A DNA stretch of 64,000 nucleotides. Origin: Minutocellus sp. GHC0000111. Lineage: Eukaryota. The DNA lies in assembly GCA_977018835.1 (NCBI GenBank), contig OZ361258.1, positions 1,302,001 to 1,366,000 of the forward strand, read 5' to 3'. Position 1 is the stretch's first letter. Each line of letters opens with the position of its first letter. The notes beneath the pieces are model-generated. The model was not told the DNA's origin. It searched no databases and saw only the letters and a program-made list of their open reading frames with translations. This document shows, piece by piece, positions 58,810 through 64,000 of this stretch. Made by a program: the position numbers and the translations under genes.

Positions 58810-59239
58810 CTTCGCTTCGGCTGATTGAGTAAGGGCCCGGGCGGCCTCTATTGTTTTCCGGGTTCTGAGCCGAGGGCCGATTTAGCCGTGTTCCTGGCGA
58901 CCCGCGGCAAAATTGAAAGTAAAAATATAGGGCGATGAATGTTCATATGTTAGCAGGTTTTGATTGAGAGGGTTGATGCATGGGTAGGGTTGATGTGGCC
59001 TCTCTTTACCAACAAACACCCTTTGGCACTTTGCTGGAATGTTGTTTCTCTCCGCTGCATCTGCTGCACGGGAGTGTTGGTAACAAGTAAGTAAAAGTGA
59101 CTCTGTGAAGAGCCTGCCTGTTTGATGATTCTGTTTGTTTTGTGCCTGGCTAGCTTGCATTTTTGGCTAATAATTTAGGTCTCTGATTAGGTTTGCTCTC
59201 CATGCCGGATTGGCTATTGCTTGTTCGAGTTCTTCTTGG

Positions 59240-60870
59240 CTCATTCGGAACTTTTTACACCAGTCCAACACTGCCTCTGGCGTGTCTCCTTCCTGGCTGG
59301 AGAGAGAGCTAGCTGCATTCCCACGGTGTTTGCTTCGACTCGTGCCACCCACTTGTTCCTTAGTTGAACTTTTTCATATTCATCCCCGTTCTTTTTCAGT
59401 TTCAAGTTTGTCACTCTGTGCAAAGTCATGTTGTGCCCTGTGAAGTAGATGGCTGAGTTGAGACTTGGTGGTGGATGAACTCGGTCGGTGCGCCGGGGTG
59501 GTGGTGCTGCTGCTGCTGCTGGTGTTCTCGCCAAGTGTTGTTGCCCTTGACACTGCCATGTAGAGCAGGCCAGGGTTTCCTGACTCGAACTTTTTGTCTC
59601 CTGGGTCAACAAATACTCTGTCAACTGCGTTTGGCTGTTGGCCTTGGTTCACTGGTCCGGCTGACTGCCCCCTTCTTGGAAGGAAGGTGTGAAGCAAGTG
59701 AGTGTCATTTTGCAAAGGGGAGGGCTAGAGGGCAGAACGTAGCTTTGCAGCACTTGTTCTTGCACATCATTGTCACCATGGGAATCGGCACTACCTGTTG
59801 CATGCTCATGGGGGTGGTAGTTTGGGTGTAGGTGTTGGGAACTGTTGGGTTAGCAAATGGTTGGTGTTTTGGCACATGATGAGGGGGTTTCTGTGATGTC
59901 ACCGTGATGACGCTCATTCCAAGACAGTGGCAACATCCACTGTGATGGAACTCTCACGATTGCATGCAGTGACTTCACTAGTTGCTCACCTTTGGTTTCT
60001 GGGCATCCCATGCTGGGCCACTGTACTGTGGAGAAACTTGACTGTGCAATGTAGCAAGGTTGGTCGCCAGCATTTGGGTTGTCTCCATCGTTGAACACAA
60101 TTTCCTCAACTTCTCCTACACTGTTGTTGTTGTTGTTGTTGAAAAAACAGTCCCCCCACTCAGGCTCAAAGTTGTGGTTTGACAAGCACACCATATGGTC
60201 CCTTTGCTGAGGATTGTTGCGTTAACCGGAAGATTTGGAAAATTAGCTTTGCACACCTTCGCCTTTCCCCTTGTTGACTCCCACCTTGTCTTGATTAGAG
60301 CAACAGGGTTGTTCGCACTTGACACCTCTCTTGCAGCTTGCCCCGCGGCAGTTAAACTCGTTTTTGGACTTTTTGAATGCAAACAAGTGCATGGTTGTGC
60401 CAGTCTTTGTTATGGCATTGACTTCAGTGTTGCTGAAGTTTGCAAGATGGTAGTTCATTAGTTCACTTGCGTCGGCTGGAGTTGACTCCCCCACTCTCAT
60501 TCGACGGAGAATGTCGATGATGATGATGAGCTTTTTCTGGTCGTTTTTTTGCCTCTTGATGGTCCTTAGTGCCATGCATGTTTCTGACAAGTCTAAGAAC
60601 AGTTGTGCACCAGTGGCAGCAACCCCGGTCTTCTGCTGTGACAGGGAGGGTTTTCCACCTAGGACATCAAAGGCCACTTTTTGCGTGTTTGTTGGTGGCG
60701 CGGCAGTTGGATGATGATGATGATGATGATGACGACGTCGTCCACTGTCCCTGAGAGTTCTTCGGCACTGCATGTTTATGTGTGCATGGTGTGATTTAAG
60801 TTCAAAGTGTCGAGTAAGAGACATGGTGAGTGCCTTTGTCATGTAGCAATTTGAAAATGAGTCAAACAAA
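59240..60870 (-). pseudogene. PIF1-like SF1 helicase remnant of the Helitron
   Basis: TGVAA, DILRRMRVGE, VGEVEEIVFNDGDNP, FCPLALPFAK..HTF..GQSAG, NPGLLYMAVSRATTLG. Confidence 0.8.
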
Positions 60871-60979
60871 TGCCGCCGGCGACTATGTCACTACTAACGG
60901 TGTTTCCATAAAAGTGGCGGCGGCGTCCACTCTTCCGGAAAATGGTCCCGTTTCTTGTTGATCCCGATTTGGCACATAC

Positions 60980-62467
60980 CTCATGATGATCGTTTTCAAT
61001 GTTTCGCGCTCGACAGCGAGAGTTTCATTGCCTTTGCGGGCGTATGCAACGACGTAGTCAGTAACCTCTGCGATATCTTCTGGTGTGGGTTCCCCTTCGT
61101 GACAGTCATATAAGAGGATATTGATGTCGCAATTGCCACGCCAACCTCGCAGTGCATGAAGTGGGGTTTGTATCATCCGGAGACTATTCCGTTTCATTTC
61201 GAGCTTGAGGAAGTCGCGATCGTCTCGGGTAATAGCATGATCCGAGCGCAATTTGAAACCTGGTGTATCGCATTTGTTCTTGGTGGCTTCATATCCCGCG
61301 CCAGCTCGACAGTATCGACATTTTGCCGATGGCTTGTCGGATGAATTCGTTGTTGGTGCCGATGCGTCGCGTTGCGTTTCGTTCTTGTTTCGTCGATGAT
61401 TTCGCATGCAGTAGCTACCGCATTTGTGATGTTGGCACTCGAAGCAGAGCTGCTTTTCATCCTCGCGATAGTCAGATACATCCCCAAGCCTTCTTTTGCT
61501 TGCACCCATGTTTGGAGTTACGTCCCTTGGATTGCGATGGAGAGGAAAGCGAGGTACGTGAGAATTGCAACCTGATCATGATGCGTGTTTGATTGTAAAT
61601 ATGTTTCTCGAACTCACCCATTGTTACCATTTACCGATGATGTCATGCCGAATATTCGTTCTGCCCAATCTCCTACCAATTTGGATTGGTCAGCGTGGCT
61701 TCTACCTCCGTCATTAAGTTCGTCCTGGAGATCCTTTGTTATCTTTTTATTGAGGATAGCGAGAAGATGAAGATGGATCTGACCTCTGCCCTTGGCGAAT
61801 TCGATCCGCCCCCAGTAATGTTCTATGCCGAATACCTCTTTGCCCACGGTATTCAGGAAGTCTTCTGCCCTTTTGATAAAAAATTGCTGTATGACGAGGG
61901 CGTAATCATTGGTGGCTTTGTTTCTATCGGTTCTGTTGTTGGTGAGATCGATTTTGCGGCCATCTCGATATAACACCGTGTTCCATGGACCGTGTTTTGA
62001 CCCTCAGCGATCCATATTCGTTCCTCCAGGAGCCTCAGCATGTCTGGCCAGAAATATTCGGAACAAGAAAGGGTCATGAACAGATCTGGTGGCCCATTCC
62101 CGGCCTCGATATGATGAGATATCCAGGTGTATAATTTGGCACGTTCGGCTCTCCAAAAAGAGTCAGATCCTCGTACTCTTTTACTGTAAAAAATGAGTTT
62201 ACTGACGAAGGATGAGTCGCCGCTTTCGAGCTGTTCTTTGAGCTCGTCCAGTGATTTGGGTGGATCGTAAATGTGGGTATTCACGAAGTACTTCCCGTCG
62301 TCATTGTTTCGGTGTCGCTGAGAATAATTATATGCAAAGAAGCACCAGAGCTTATCTCTCTGAAATCGTCCATCGGACTGTCGAAGAAGATGACGAGCCC
62401 AGTTGGAGGCATCAATGTCTGCCTCGCGATCCATGTCTCGAAAATCCGCAACTCCTCCTGGAAACAT
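60980..62467 (-). pseudogene. Helitron Rep (HUH endonuclease) domain; frameshift at ~61975; intron ~61527-61617
   Basis: FPGG..WARHLL..DGRF, RVRGSDSFW, GPPDLFMTLSC..WPD, YWGRIEFAKGRGQIHLHLL, GWRGNCDI, DYVVAYARKG. Confidence 0.9.
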
Positions 62468-63158
62468 TGACGGTAAGATTCAAGCTGCACTCGTTGCATG
62501 CGGAGCATATTTCATGATGAATGTTCGTCATTCTTGACTCGAATCGAAATATCGGAACAAGTACTTTCTGTTCTGAATAAGAAGCGGATCGGAATGCCTC
62601 TCGGTTGATAGAATAGCGGTCGTCTTTTTGAGTGAACTTGTGCAATTTTTGCCTAGCCGTGGCAATTAATGTCGTTGCTCGCCCTATTAATTCCTTGTAG
62701 TTGGAATCTGACTTAGCGTAAAATGGATCACTGTCACCTAGGTCGACGTCTAGTTCAATAGATTCTTCCCATAATTTTTGGACATGAAGAGCGTCGTAGT
62801 CCCTGAGACGGTCGTGGTAGGGAGGCTTCATGTCTATCCTAGGAAGCTTTTCTCTCTCGGCAGTCCGCTTCCTGGCACTCCTGATGTTTTGTAGTCGCCT
62901 CTTTTCGCTTTTTGACACCTAAAAGGAACACAGTTGTAAATCGGCATCACATTTGTTCAGGTGAGTAATTGGTTGAGGCGACGCAATTCCGGGACAATGG
63001 CATTGGACACTATCATGGAATTAGTGCTTGATGATGCATATTAGTGGTTCACATTACAATTACCTGGTTTTTCTTCCTCTTTAGGTTGCCGGAGCAAGGC
63101 ACGCAAATGCCACCGCGAAGATGAACGTTGACAGTGACGGTGGACCCATTGTGCATGC

Positions 63159-63737
63159 CTAATTGCCAAACTTTTGCATTGGAGTACTCTCGAGGAGCTT
63201 TGAACTGCACGATGTGTACATTTCACTTGCAGGTATCGGCAATTTTTCTGACACCAGGGTGACAATCATTTTGTGAAGAGACTTGGCAGTGTCATTAATG
63301 TAGACACAGGTTTGGGTAACAGACCCATCAGGACACTTGATGAATATCACCCATTTGTGGTTCTTCTGGTTCACCACATGGATTGTGCAACCGTCATGCA
63401 TGCCCAAGCAATGCAAGGGAACATCAATGTCGCAATGGTTGCCGCGGAAAAGGGAACCAATGCACCAACAGTCCTCGTCCCAGTCGTCGTCTTTGAGCTC
63501 ACCCTCAATTTCCTTGTAAGCAGCTTCCTCAATGATCCCCCACAGATTGACACCTTTGAGTTCTCGTGAAACTTCCAATTTCAGAACGCATGGCGGTGTC
63601 CGACACCTGTAAAATGGCTGGAGTTCTTTCTCTTTCCCAAAAGGGACTAGGCCTTCGCACGTGACGTGACGAGGAATTATGACATCAATGTCCCACATGG
63701 GCTTGAGCACAGCCTGGAGATCAGTCTTGATCCACAC
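63159..63737 (-). pseudogene. Degenerate ubiquitin-like domain(s) in the Helitron 5' region
   Basis: IFIKCPDGSVTQTCVYINDTAKSLHKMI..EKLPIPASEMYTSCSSKLLE aligns by eye with the ubiquitin pattern IFVKTLTG..VEPSDT..EGIPPDQQRLIFAGKQLE. Confidence 0.5.
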
Positions 63738-64000
63738 CTACCTTGCAGGGTGACCTAAGGGTGGTTTTTGACCTCATTTTTTTGCAGTGCCTCTTGACAG
63801 GCCTCGCCTCACTGCGGCAGACAGACTTGCCATTGTCAGTGTTTCTGGCGGCACAAGTGACACCTGAAATGACTTCATCGGAACATCAAGCGGGATAAAC
63901 TTTAGTGCACACACCACATGGGGTCAGTGATGAGGGGCTCTCCTTTCACCACCACCTTGCCCTTGTTGTCTAAACTGGCACTTGGAGTCACTTCCAGAGC

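Larger units (their letters stand above)
58950..64000 (-). mobile_element. Degenerate Helitron (rolling-circle transposon) remnant; boundaries approximate
   Basis: HUH Rep motifs and PIF1-like helicase motifs in RepHel order on the minus strand, with stops, frameshifts and deletions. Confidence 0.88.

Noticed and set aside
58830..58960. Helitron 3' hairpin plus CTRR terminus
   Set aside because: GC-rich partial palindromes exist, but no clear hairpin-terminus arrangement could be assigned.
1..64000. rRNA or tRNA genes
   Set aside because: No recognisable rRNA segments or tRNA cloverleaf seen; a tRNAscan-SE/Infernal run would be needed to exclude them.

Overview
This is a gene-dense stretch of a eukaryotic nuclear genome, most likely a diatom. 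The evidence is bipartite 'ASA-F' plastid presequences, short GT-AG introns, and HSF, DUF6824-like and SEP/LHC-like genes. About 25 protein-coding genes are present, including NEMF/Rqc2, CbiX/SirB chelatase, HSF, a POR-like SDR, a histidine phosphatase, TraB, PDZ-PX-VPS9, an MFS transporter, an ABC ATPase, a triple-PDZ coiled-coil protein, SEP, DUF2993, two FG-GAP propellers, TMEM164 and FabI. Mobile elements are a TA-flanked mariner-type foldback element with 462-bp TIRs, a deleted Transib/RAG-like transposase remnant and an intron-containing Helitron remnant. Many genes carry 1-2 nt indels, mostly in homopolymers, which suggests an imperfectly polished assembly. The strongest unexplained signal is a repeat-associated mutational signature: duplicated and transposon DNA appears to have converted TpA to TpG/CpA, the reverse of fungal RIP. 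It is seen independently in three places: a gene/pseudogene pair, the two TIRs of one element, and the Helitron. A complex local rearrangement lies at 26.7-30.6 kb. All family assignments come from motif recognition by eye, and all counts are manual.
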